This document shows positions 1 through 8,414 of a stretch of 64,000 nt of DNA, in pieces. Below the pieces are notes generated by a model. That model did not search any database, was not told where the DNA came from, and worked only from the letters and a program-made list of their open reading frames with translations. The stretch lies in assembly GCA_965219955.1 (NCBI GenBank), contig OZ244799.1:4000001-4064000 (forward strand). Direction: 5' to 3'. The position numbers and the translations under genes were made by a program. The DNA comes from a bacterium. GTDB taxonomy: Bacteria; UBA8248. Position 1 is the first letter of the stretch; the number at the start of each line of letters is the position of its first letter.

Positions 1-2556
1 GAGGGGGAGCAAATCGCCGTCGTGGGCATGGCGTGCCGCTTCCCCGGCGCGCCGGATATCTCCGCTTTTTGGCGACTGCTCGAAGCGGGCGGTGACGCGG
101 TGACGGACGGGCGGCGGGATTCCGGCCCCTGGAGCGGCGTCGCCGGAGACCCGGCCGCCGAAAAAGACTTCTACCGGCAAGGCGGGTTCATCGAAGGAAT
201 CGACCAGTTCGATGCGAGTTTCTTCGGCATCAGGCCGATCGAGGCGCGCTTGATGGATCCGCGCCAAAGACTGTTGCTCGAGACGAGTTGGGGGGCGCTC
301 GAGGACGCAGGCATAGACCCCGCTCCGCTCAAGGGTACTCGCACCGGTGCGTATGTCGGACTGGGCGTCAGCGAGTACCGCGACCTCGTCGTGGCCGGCG
401 GCCTGGCTGACAGCCACATCGGCAACGCGCCGAGCGTGGCCATCGGGCGGATCGCCTTCGTTCTTGGCCTGATGGGACCGGCGGTGCCGCTGGACATGAC
501 CTGCGCGTCGTCGCTGGTGGCGGTTCACCAGGCGGCCGCAGCCCTTCGGGAGGGCGAAGTCGACCTGGCTCTCGCCGGGGGCGTGCACGCGGTGCTCTCG
601 CCTCCGGTTTCGAAATTCATGGCGGAGTTCGGGATGTTGTCGCCGAGCGGCCGGTGCCGGACCTTCGATGCGGACGCGGACGGCTACGTGCGGGGTGAAG
701 GCTGCGGGATGGTGGTCATGAAGCGGCTGAGCGACGCAGAGACGGACGGCGACCGCATCTGGGGTCTGGTGCAGGGATCGGCGGTGAACCAGAACGGCGC
801 GAGCGCCGCGCTTACGGTGCCCAACGGCACGGCGCAGGAACAGGTGCTCGAGGATGCGCTTTCCCGGTCCGGCTTTTCGCCCTCGGAGGTGGATTATCTG
901 GAAGTACACGCGACGGGGTCGCAATTGGGCGACCCGATCGAGGTGCGCGCGTCGGCGGCGGTGTACGGGCGAGGACGCGCTCCTGACCGTCCTCTCCTGC
1001 TCGGTACGGTGAAGACGAACATCGGCCATCTGGAATCGGCGGCGGGGATCGCCGGCCTGATCAAGGTGTTGCTGGCGATGAAGCACGGAATGATCCCAAA
1101 GCACCTGCATTTCGATAACCCGAATCCGCATATGGACTGGGACGCGCTTCCGTTGCGGGTGACGTCTGAAGCGACGGCCTGGCCGCTCGTATCCGATCGT
1201 CCGCGCCGGGCGGGCGTGAGCGCTTTTGCGCTTTCGGGTACGAACGCGCACGTCCTGGTGGAGGGGTACGGCGCGCCGGAGGGGGAGTCAGCCGCAGACG
1301 CCGGACCGGGTTCCCCCGCGGGTTTCGCGCAGCCCGTCTCCGTAACGCTGCCGGAGTCGGTCCCGGAATCGCCGTCGGTAGATGGGATGCGTCCGCGCAG
1401 GACGCGGATGCTGCCGCTCTCGGGAAAATCGGACGAAGCGCTTCGTGAGTCGGCGGGGCGGTATCTCTCCTGGCTGGATGAGTGCGCCGGGGAGCTTTCC
1501 TCCGAGGGCGCCGCTGCAGAGCCGCTGCTTTCGGATATGGCCTGGACGGCGGCCGTGGGGCGGAGCCATTTCGCGCACCGCGTGGGTGTCGTATTCGAGG
1601 ACGCCGCGTCGTTGCGGGAAGGATTGAGAGCGATCGAGGAGTCAGACGGGTTGCCGAAGCCGCAGGCGGCGGCGAGGGTGGCCTTCGCGTATGCCGGAGA
1701 GAGCGGACACGGGGTCGGCATGGGCGAGGAACTCTATGAGAGCGAGCCGGTGGCGCGCGCGGTACTGGATAGATGCGACGAGGTGATTCGGGTGGAGCGC
1801 GGCGCCTCGCTGCTGGATGTGATGTTCGGCCGTTCTGGAGATCTGGACGATCCGGCGTGGTCGCAGCCGGCGGTCTTTGCGCTCGAGTGCGCGCTCACAA
1901 CGCTTTGGGCGAGTGTCGGGATTCGGCCGAACGTGGTGTTCGGCGCAGGTTCCGGAGAAGTTGCGGCGGCGCATGCGGCGGGCGTGTTCGCGCTGGAGGA
2001 GGGCTTGCGTTTCGCGGCGCGGCGCGGCGCGCTGATGGAGGCGCTCTCGGGAGACGAGGGAGTGGAGGCGGCCCTGGATGATATCGAAACGGCGCTCGAG
2101 GGCGTTGTGACGGCGTTGCCCTCGCTCACGCTGGTGAATCAGGTGACGGGCCGGGCGCTCGGGGCGGGCGAGACCATGGATGGCGCATATTGGCGACGGC
2201 AGGCGCGTGAACCGGCGGCGTTCGACGGATGCGCCAAGACGCTCGCGGAGTCGGGCGTGGAGGTCGTCGTGGAGATCGGGCCGGATGCGGCGTTCGTCCC
2301 GCAGGTGCTCTCGGCCTGGCCCGATCTTTCAGGCGACGCAGGAGCGAGCGGAAACGGCGCCGCGCCGCCGGTGATGCTTTCGAGCCTGAACCGGGCGTCT
2401 GAGAATGGCGCCGGGTTTGTCGAGGCGGTTGCGCGGGCGTATGAGGCGGGGCTCGCGCTCGACTTCGCCGGGCTGTTCGCCGGAGAGGAGAGGCGGCGGA
2501 TCTCGCTGCCGGGCTACCCGTTCCAACGCCGTCGCTTCTGGTTCGAGGCGCCCTGA
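1..2556 (+). CDS. supA: C-terminal part (KS + degenerate AT) of a type I PKS, SupA-like; 5' end lies outside the window
   Basis: Frame is open from base 1. KS motifs GMACRFPG, DMTCASS (Cys), EVHATGS, KTNIGHLE. The AT has GAGSGE in place of GHSxGE. Ends LPGYPFQRRRFW. Followed by ACP, PPTase, permease and hydrolase as in sponge-symbiont sup clusters. Confidence 0.85.
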   Translation, partial: EGEQIAVVGMACRFPGAPDISAFWRLLEAGGDAVTDGRRDSGPWSGVAGDPAAEKDFYRQGGFIEGIDQFDASFFGIRPIEARLMDPRQRLLLETSWGALEDAGIDPAPLKGTRTGAYVGLGVSEYRDLVVAGGLADSHIGNAPSVAIGRIAFVLGLMGPAVPLDMTCASSLVAVHQAAAALREGEVDLALAGGVHAVLSPPVSKFMAEFGMLSPSGRCRTFDADADGYVRGEGCGMVVMKRLSDAETDGDRIWGLVQGSAVNQNGASAALTVPNGTAQEQVLEDALSRSGFSPSEVDYLEVHATGSQLGDPIEVRASAAVYGRGRAPDRPLLLGTVKTNIGHLESAAGIAGLIKVLLAMKHGMIPKHLHFDNPNPHMDWDALPLRVTSEATAWPLVSDRPRRAGVSAFALSGTNAHVLVEGYGAPEGESAADAGPGSPAGFAQPVSVTLPESVPESPSVDGMRPRRTRMLPLSGKSDEALRESAGRYLSWLDECAGELSSEGAAAEPLLSDMAWTAAVGRSHFAHRVGVVFEDAASLREGLRAIEESDGLPKPQAAARVAFAYAGESGHGVGMGEELYESEPVARAVLDRCDEVIRVERGASLLDVMFGRSGDLDDPAWSQPAVFALECALTTLWASVGIRPNVVFGAGSGEVAAAHAAGVFALEEGLRFAARRGALMEALSGDEGVEAALDDIETALEGVVTALPSLTLVNQVTGRALGAGETMDGAYWRRQAREPAAFDGCAKTLAESGVEVVVEIGPDAAFVPQVLSAWPDLSGDAGASGNGAAPPVMLSSLNRASENGAGFVEAVARAYEAGLALDFAGLFAGEERRRISLPGYPFQRRRFWFEAP

Positions 2557-2560
2557 TTGC

Positions 2561-2588
2561 TTGACAACGATATCGGGAAAGTTATGAT
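2561..2588 (+). promoter_or_regulatory. Putative sigma70 promoter upstream of the ACP
   Basis: TTGACA (2561-2566), 16 nt spacer, TATGAT (2583-2588). Confidence 0.4.
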
Positions 2589-2644
2589 TTCACTATCGTT
2601 TTGTTCACCGCTTTAACATTTTTCAAATGGGAGACAGCGCGACC

Positions 2645-2866
2645 ATGGCAAGTGTCGAAGAACGCATGGGGGATCTGGTGGAGAAACATCTGGGCATCTC
2701 GGATCGGGCGATGCTGGACGCGGACTTGGGCGAAATCGGCGTGAACTCGGTGGATGCCGTGAACTTTCTCAAGGTCGTCGATCGGGAATTCGGGGTCGAA
2801 ATTACACAGGAAATTGCCAGAGACTTCAGAACTTTGAGGGACCTGATCGACTATCTGGATGGTTGA
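2645..2866 (+). CDS. supB: Stand-alone acyl carrier protein (SupB-like)
   Basis: 73 aa acidic protein with phosphopantetheine site IGVNSVD and C-terminal FRTLRDLIDYL; directly after the PKS. Confidence 0.8.
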   Translation: MASVEERMGDLVEKHLGISDRAMLDADLGEIGVNSVDAVNFLKVVDREFGVEITQEIARDFRTLRDLIDYLDG

Positions 2867-3050
2867 AGCCGACGTAGTTGAGCGCGGACCCCGAATCAGA
2901 AAGTTGCAATAACTTTCAGACAGGAACACTGATTTTCAGGAAATGAAACAACAAGTTTCGTTTTGGAGCCGGGGCCAGTCCTGCAGGACTGGCCTCTGGT
3001 TTCAAGGCGCACAGGCGGCGACTCCCACACTCGCGGAAAGACTGGTTTCT

Positions 3051-3791
3051 ATGGCTGCTGAGGTTGTCGATTCCTGGTTTCACACGTTCCGTGAAATAGA
3101 CGATATTCTCGTCATACATGTCGACCTGACGCCCGATGAAGATCGCGAGGCGCACGCGATTTCATGGCTCGATGAGAAAGAGCGGGCGCGCCGGCGTCGT
3201 TACCGGTATGACCGTCCCCGGCGCGAGTTCACCCTGTGCCGCGCCGCGCTGCGCGCCATTCTCTGCCGTCGGCTCGGTTGCGGGAACGAGCGACTCGCGT
3301 TCGGCGCTTCCGAGCATGGAAAGCCGTTCGCGTTGGTAGACGGGGTAGCAGCTCCCGTCAGCTTCAACGTCTCTCACAGCGGCAAGCATGGGTTGATCGC
3401 CTTTTCGGCGCAAGGGCGGCTCGGCGTGGACGTGGAAGAACGCGCCGACCGCCTCGACCTCGACGGGATTAGCGAGTTCGTGTTCGGTCCGGACGAACAG
3501 GCCGACTTCGCTGCGACGCGTGGACGGGAAAAGTTTCACTTGTTCTTCACGCTCTGGACGCTCAAGGAGGCGCTGATCAAGGCTCTGGGCACGGGGTTTT
3601 CCCTGGACCCTGCCCGGTTCGAGATTCCATCGTCCATGCGGCATGGTGCGAGAGAGGATACATTCAGGTTCCCCCACATGCCGAATGTCGGATGGAGACT
3701 CGAAAATCTGGGCAACGCGGATTTCGCCGCCGCCATCGCCTATGAACCGGACCAGGCGCTCATGCGAGGAGAGAGCGAGGCGGCTCGATGA
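3051..3791 (+). CDS. Sfp-type 4'-phosphopantetheinyl transferase (SupC-like)
   Basis: GKP, FNVSHS, LGVDVE and WTLKEALIKALG motifs. Start placed at ATG 3051 (track ORF starts 2943). Confidence 0.92.
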   Translation: MAAEVVDSWFHTFREIDDILVIHVDLTPDEDREAHAISWLDEKERARRRRYRYDRPRREFTLCRAALRAILCRRLGCGNERLAFGASEHGKPFALVDGVAAPVSFNVSHSGKHGLIAFSAQGRLGVDVEERADRLDLDGISEFVFGPDEQADFAATRGREKFHLFFTLWTLKEALIKALGTGFSLDPARFEIPSSMRHGAREDTFRFPHMPNVGWRLENLGNADFAAAIAYEPDQALMRGESEAAR

Positions 3792-3867
3792 CGATCTCGG
3801 AAAAAGCCCGGGCGATACCCTGACCGCTCGCCGCCCATGAAGTTCGGGTGGACGACGGCGGTTTGAA

Positions 3868-4184
3868 GGGTTGTTGAAAAAGTCCCGTGAAGCGATTTTG
3901 GGAATTCAGGCAACTGATGAGAGAGAAGAATCACTCCCCCCTTGAGGGGGTTGTTGAAAAACCTGATGAAGGAGGAATCGCGGTTGTAGGGACAACCCTC
4001 CGTGGTTGTCCTTTCCGGGATGGTTGCCATCAGGACAGGCACGGAGGCCTGTCCCTACGGGTCATCACGCCGCCGACCGTACGCATAGTGGGCTTTTTCA
4101 ACAGCCCCCTCAAGGGGGGGAGCGTATCTTGCTCTTTCATTGGTCGTATCGAACCCTGGTTCATCGGGGTTGTTCAACAGCTCC
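3868..4184. repeat. Intergenic repeat mosaic: GGGGTTGTTGAAAAA-type inverted ends, CACTCCCCCCTTGAGGGGG repeat and a GTAG REP doublet (3986-4058)
   Basis: Palindromic units that recur at 56217-56409, 59943-60470 and 63379-63497. Confidence 0.8.
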
Positions 4185-4346
4185 TTTGATCCATGTATTC
4201 ACTCGCAATGCGAGGGATTTGTCTATGACGGATGATGGTGCGGGAGATCCTTTCAGACGAGTTGGCCGCACGAGAATTCTTCAAGCGCTGCGCCGTTTTC
4301 GTTTCGTCGGGCGCGCGCTCGGTGTTTTCAGGACATCGGTTGCGTC

Positions 4347-6077
4347 ATGAGTTCGAACGATTCGGGGCTTCGCTACCAGGCCGACGAAAAGCCACCGGTA
4401 AAAGTCGCTTTGGTCCTCGGCCTGCAACTCACCGCTATCAGCGTATCCGCCACGATTTTGCTCACGACGGTCGTGATGCGGGCCGCCGGCCAGAGCGAAG
4501 CCTATCTGGCATGGGCCGTGTTCGCCGCCGTCCTGATCGGAGGCGGGGCCACGATGCTGCAGGCGTTCCGGCTCGGGCGTTTCGGCATGGGGCACGTGCT
4601 CATGATGGGCAGCTCGGGGGCCTTCATCGCGGTATCCATCGAGGCGCTCACCGAGGGAGGGCCCGCTACCTTCGCCACCCTGGTCGTCGTCGCAGCGCTT
4701 TTTCAGTTCGTCATATCCGACAGGCTCGCGCTGTTCCGGCGGGTCCTGACCCCGTCCGTATCGGGAACGGTGCTCATGCTGATCCCGGTCTCGGTGATGG
4801 CGCCCGTCCTCAATCTGCTCAAGGACGTGCCGGAGGGCAGCCCGGCCCCGGGCGCTCCGCTGAGCGCTCTGGCGACAGTGCTCGTCATCTGCGGCCTCAC
4901 CCTCAAGGCGAGCGGGTCGCTTCGCCTCTGGGCGCCTGTCATCGGCGTCCTCGCAGGCTCGCTCGTCGCCGTCTTCTTCGGCATTTACGATACGGCCCGC
5001 GTCGCGGAGGCCGCCTGGGCCGGGCTGCCCCCGGTCGAATGGCAGGGCCTCGATCTCGGCTTCGGGCCGGCTTTCTGGTCGCTTCTTCCCGGGTTCCTGC
5101 TGGCGGCCACCATCGGCGCCATCCGGACGATCAGCAGCGCCGCCGCCGCCCAGCGCGTCTCCTGGCGTCGGCCCCGGGCGGTGGATTTCCGGGCGGTGCA
5201 GGGCGCGGTGGCCACTGACGGTCTGAGCAACCTGCTCTCCGGCCTCGCGGGAACGATGCCGAACACGTCCTATACGACGGGCGCATCCCTGGCCCAGCTC
5301 ACCGGGGTCGCGGCCCGCCACGTCGGGATCGCCGCAGGCGCGATGTTCGCGGCGCTGGCGTTTTTTCCGAAGGCGCTCGCCCTGGTGCTGGCGATACCGG
5401 GGCCGGTCTTCGCCGCCTATCTCATCGTGATGATGGCGATCCTCTTCATGATCGGCGTGCAGATGATCGTTCAGGACGGGATCGACTACCGCAAGAGCCT
5501 GATCGTCGGCGTCTCGTTCTGGCTCGGCGTGGCTTTCCAGAGCGGGGTCGTCTTCCCGGAGTTTTTCTCGAAATTCGCGGGCGGCCTCATGAACAACGGG
5601 ATGACGGCCGGGGGCCTCGTCGCCATCATCATGACCCTGTTCGTGGAGATGACCGAACCCCGCCCCGCCCGGACGGAAGCGGCGCTCGACGCCTCGTCCC
5701 TGCCGGAGCTCAGGGGGTTTCTCGGCGCGTTCGCCTCCGCGTGCAACTGGGATGAGGCGATGGCGAAGCGTCTGGGTGGCGTCTGCGAGGAGATTCTGCT
5801 GACGCTGCATGGACGAGACGAGGGCAGGGAGCAAAGCGGACGGCGTCTGGTTCTGCTCGCGAAAAAAGACAGCAGCGCAGCGGTTCTCGAGTTCATCGCG
5901 GCGGCGGGCGAGGGAGAGAACCTGGAGGATCGAGTCACCCTGCTCGGCGAGCAGACCGAAGAAGCCCACCTCGAGCAGGAAGTGTCGCTCAGGCTCTTGC
6001 GCCATCACGCGGCTTCGGTTCGCCACCAGCAATACCACGGCGCGGACATCGTGACCGTCCGCGTGGAAGCCCCATAG
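4347..6077 (+). CDS. Xanthine/uracil (NCS2/NAT) family permease with an extra C-terminal soluble domain
   Basis: Many hydrophobic segments, LGLQ near the N-terminus, NAT-like segment MPNTSYTTGASLAQLTGVAAR, and a soluble tail of about 140 aa. Confidence 0.85.
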   Translation: MSSNDSGLRYQADEKPPVKVALVLGLQLTAISVSATILLTTVVMRAAGQSEAYLAWAVFAAVLIGGGATMLQAFRLGRFGMGHVLMMGSSGAFIAVSIEALTEGGPATFATLVVVAALFQFVISDRLALFRRVLTPSVSGTVLMLIPVSVMAPVLNLLKDVPEGSPAPGAPLSALATVLVICGLTLKASGSLRLWAPVIGVLAGSLVAVFFGIYDTARVAEAAWAGLPPVEWQGLDLGFGPAFWSLLPGFLLAATIGAIRTISSAAAAQRVSWRRPRAVDFRAVQGAVATDGLSNLLSGLAGTMPNTSYTTGASLAQLTGVAARHVGIAAGAMFAALAFFPKALALVLAIPGPVFAAYLIVMMAILFMIGVQMIVQDGIDYRKSLIVGVSFWLGVAFQSGVVFPEFFSKFAGGLMNNGMTAGGLVAIIMTLFVEMTEPRPARTEAALDASSLPELRGFLGAFASACNWDEAMAKRLGGVCEEILLTLHGRDEGREQSGRRLVLLAKKDSSAAVLEFIAAAGEGENLEDRVTLLGEQTEEAHLEQEVSLRLLRHHAASVRHQQYHGADIVTVRVEAP

Positions 6078-6274
6078 CCGCTTGTTCGCGCACAGGCGAG
6101 AAGAATCATATACATGGCTCGAAGCGGGATTCCGGGCTTTGGATTCGACGGGGAACGACGTATCACTCCCCCAGGGGAAGTTGAAAAAGTTTGTTTCACG
6201 AGCGGGCGGACCCATGTGTCCGCCCATCCCCTAGAAGGGACCGCCACCTACAGAACCCCCCAACCCCCCTTGTC

Positions 6275-6487
6275 GGGGTTGTTGAAAAAGCCCTCCTCTC
6301 TCAGAAATGACGAACAAAACCACACCGCCTCATCCTGAGTAGCGGCGAAGCCGCGTATCGAAGGATGCCCTCTCGCCACGGCGCGAGTTCCTCGCCCTTC
6401 GATACGCCGCCTTCGGCGGCTACTCAGGGTGAGGAAAGAAGCGTCGGCGGTTTTCAGGGGACGCCTATGGGCTTTTTCAACAACCCC
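6275..6487. mobile_element. MITE-like element with terminal inverted repeats, carrying a GIY-YIG-type repeat doublet
   Basis: Ends GGGGTTGTTGAAAAAG ... CTTTTTCAACAACCCC; flanked by TTGTC at 6270-6274 and 6488-6492; internal doublet at 6329-6433. Confidence 0.75.
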
Positions 6488-6645
6488 TTGTCAGGGGGGC
6501 TTTTTGGGCAAACCCCTCAAGGGGAGAGCGGGAAACCGCCCGGAAGTTCATCGTCGGTGTGACCGACTGCGCTGCGGCGCTCATTCGGGACGGTCGGCGG
6601 CCCGCCATGCCGGGATCATCGATGCGGGCCTTCGGGGCCGGAGGC

Positions 6646-6675
6646 TTGTCAGGATGCGGGTGCTTCACTTATAAT
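6646..6675 (+). promoter_or_regulatory. Putative sigma70 promoter upstream of the second ACP
   Basis: TTGTCA (6646-6651), 18 nt spacer, TATAAT (6670-6675). Confidence 0.4.
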
Positions 6676-6750
6676 CTCGATATGGATTACGCGAAACGCA
6701 CCCGCTTCAGAATCTCACGCTAGCTACCACCGGAAAAGGAGTGAACACTC

Positions 6751-6978
6751 ATGTCGGCAACACAGGATCGCATCAAAGAGATCATCGCGAAAACGCTCGA
6801 CCTCGGCCATGAACCTGATTTCAACGCCCAGTTCAGCGAAGCAGATATTAACTCGATGGAGGCGGTCGCTTTCTTCAAACTCGTCAACGATGAGTTCGGC
6901 CTCGATATGGCCATAGAGGACTTCTCGAAGTTCAAGGACCTGCAGGCTCTTGTAGAACATATCGACGCGCGCGGCTGA
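6751..6978 (+). CDS. Second stand-alone acyl carrier protein
   Basis: 75 aa acidic protein with DINSMEAV Ser site, paralogous to 2645-2866; AAGGAG RBS. Confidence 0.85.
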   Translation: MSATQDRIKEIIAKTLDLGHEPDFNAQFSEADINSMEAVAFFKLVNDEFGLDMAIEDFSKFKDLQALVEHIDARG

Positions 6979-7019
6979 TCGGCGTTCCTCGACGCTCGGG
7001 CGCAGCCAGACCTTCGGAT

Positions 7020-7919
7020 ATGACGAAAGGGGCGCATTGGGCGATACCCGAGCCCGTTTCGACATGCGAGGTCCGACTCGACGAACGCACTGTGACCACG
7101 GTGCGGCGACACGGCAATCCGGCAGGTCCCCGGCTCGTCCTGACCCACGGCAACGGTCTCGCGGTCGATCCCTATTATCCGTTCTGGTCGCTGCTCGCCG
7201 ACGATTTCGACCTGATGGTCTACGACCTCAGGAACCACGGCTGGAACAGCGTCGGCGCGCAGCGGGATCACAACATCCCGGCAATGATTTCCGACCATGA
7301 CCTCATTCTCGACGCCATCGTCGAGGAATACGGCGAAAAACCGACCGTGGGCGTGTTTCACTCCCTTTCGACGCTTGTGGCGCTCCTCTCCTTCACCGAC
7401 GCCTATTCCGCGCTCATCCTGTTCGATCCGCCGCTATGCAAACCCGCCAGGAGAGAGGAGGAATGGATCGCGGCGACGGAACGGATGGCGGCGATGATCC
7501 GGAAGCGGGCGGATCGGTTCGAGAGCCTGGAGCAGTTAACCGAAATCTTCGCCATCGTTCCCGGATACGCCCGCATCCTGCCGGGGGTGCGCGATCTCAT
7601 AGCGCAGTCGACCCTTCGCAAGAGCGCCGACGGGGACGCTTACGAACTCCGCTGCCCGCGCGATTACGAGGCCCAGATCGCGGAATATATGAGGAGCTTC
7701 TCGCCTTTGCTGGATCTGACGACACTGACCTGCCCGACGAAGGTCATCGGAGCCGACCCCACGCTGCCCTACGCGTACCTGCCGACTTTCGACCTGAGCC
7801 ACGCAGCGGCCGTCGACTACGACTTCGTGCCCGAGGCTTCGCACTTCCTGCAGGTGGAAAAGCCGGAGGAGTGCGCCGCGATGGTCCGGGAATACCTGGC
7901 AAGCCACGGAATTCGCTAG
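7020..7919 (+). CDS. Alpha/beta hydrolase (sup-cluster associated)
   Basis: HGNG oxyanion motif, DLRNHG, nucleophile elbow FHSLS, C-terminal SHFLQVEKP. Confidence 0.88.
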   Translation: MTKGAHWAIPEPVSTCEVRLDERTVTTVRRHGNPAGPRLVLTHGNGLAVDPYYPFWSLLADDFDLMVYDLRNHGWNSVGAQRDHNIPAMISDHDLILDAIVEEYGEKPTVGVFHSLSTLVALLSFTDAYSALILFDPPLCKPARREEEWIAATERMAAMIRKRADRFESLEQLTEIFAIVPGYARILPGVRDLIAQSTLRKSADGDAYELRCPRDYEAQIAEYMRSFSPLLDLTTLTCPTKVIGADPTLPYAYLPTFDLSHAAAVDYDFVPEASHFLQVEKPEECAAMVREYLASHGIR

Positions 7920-7929
7920 GCCGCGCGCG

Positions 7930-8414
7930 AAGGACTGTTGAAAAAGCCCCCCTTTTCAGGGGATAGAGGGGACGCCGCCGTAGGGACAGGTCGCGACCTG
8001 TCCCTACAAGAAGCGGTGTGGTTTTGTTCGTCATTCCGGCGAAAGCCGGAATCCATTTTGACTTTTCACCGAGCAGGGCGGCCAAGACCTTGTTGTTGCC
8101 CGGCGTCCGGATGCGGAATGCAGAGAATCCGCCTTTCGTTTTTGTATTCGATTCCGGTCCTCCCCACCGGAGTGTAAAAATGTCCAAGCGAGGAGGTAAA
8201 AAGGCAAAGGCGGAAATGGATTCCGGCTTTCGCCGGAATGACGGGTGTTGTGATCTCTCCGGAAGGGTGTCGTAGGGGCGCTTCGTGAAGCGCCCGTTTC
8301 TCCGGCAAGGGCCGTTCGCGAACGTGGGCGGTTCGCGAACCGCCCCTACGGACCCCCTATCCCTCCTTGTCAGGGTGGGTGCTTTTCAAGTCAAGGGAGC
8401 GGTCAACAACCTCG
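7930..8414. repeat. Intergenic repeat mosaic between convergent genes
   Basis: Perfect 28-bp palindrome GTAGGGACAGGTCGCGACCTGTCCCTAC (7980-8007); inverted pair CGTCATTCCGGCGAAAGCCGGAATCCA (8029-8055 and 8217-8243); GTAG doublet at 8272-8349. Confidence 0.85.

Noticed and set aside
3887-4350. Short ORFs over intergenic mosaics (also 7938-8308, 56045-56404, 59934-60479, 63359-63625)
   Set aside because: They are translations of repeat DNA (recurring VGTGLRACP, IPAKAGI, FFNNP peptides) with no protein family signal.
4281-6227. Long antisense or alternate-frame ORFs (e.g. 4281-6227, 13828-15966, 31657-33507, 57526-59718)
   Set aside because: These are shadow ORFs of clear genes, expected at high GC, and have R/G/P-rich composition with no motifs.
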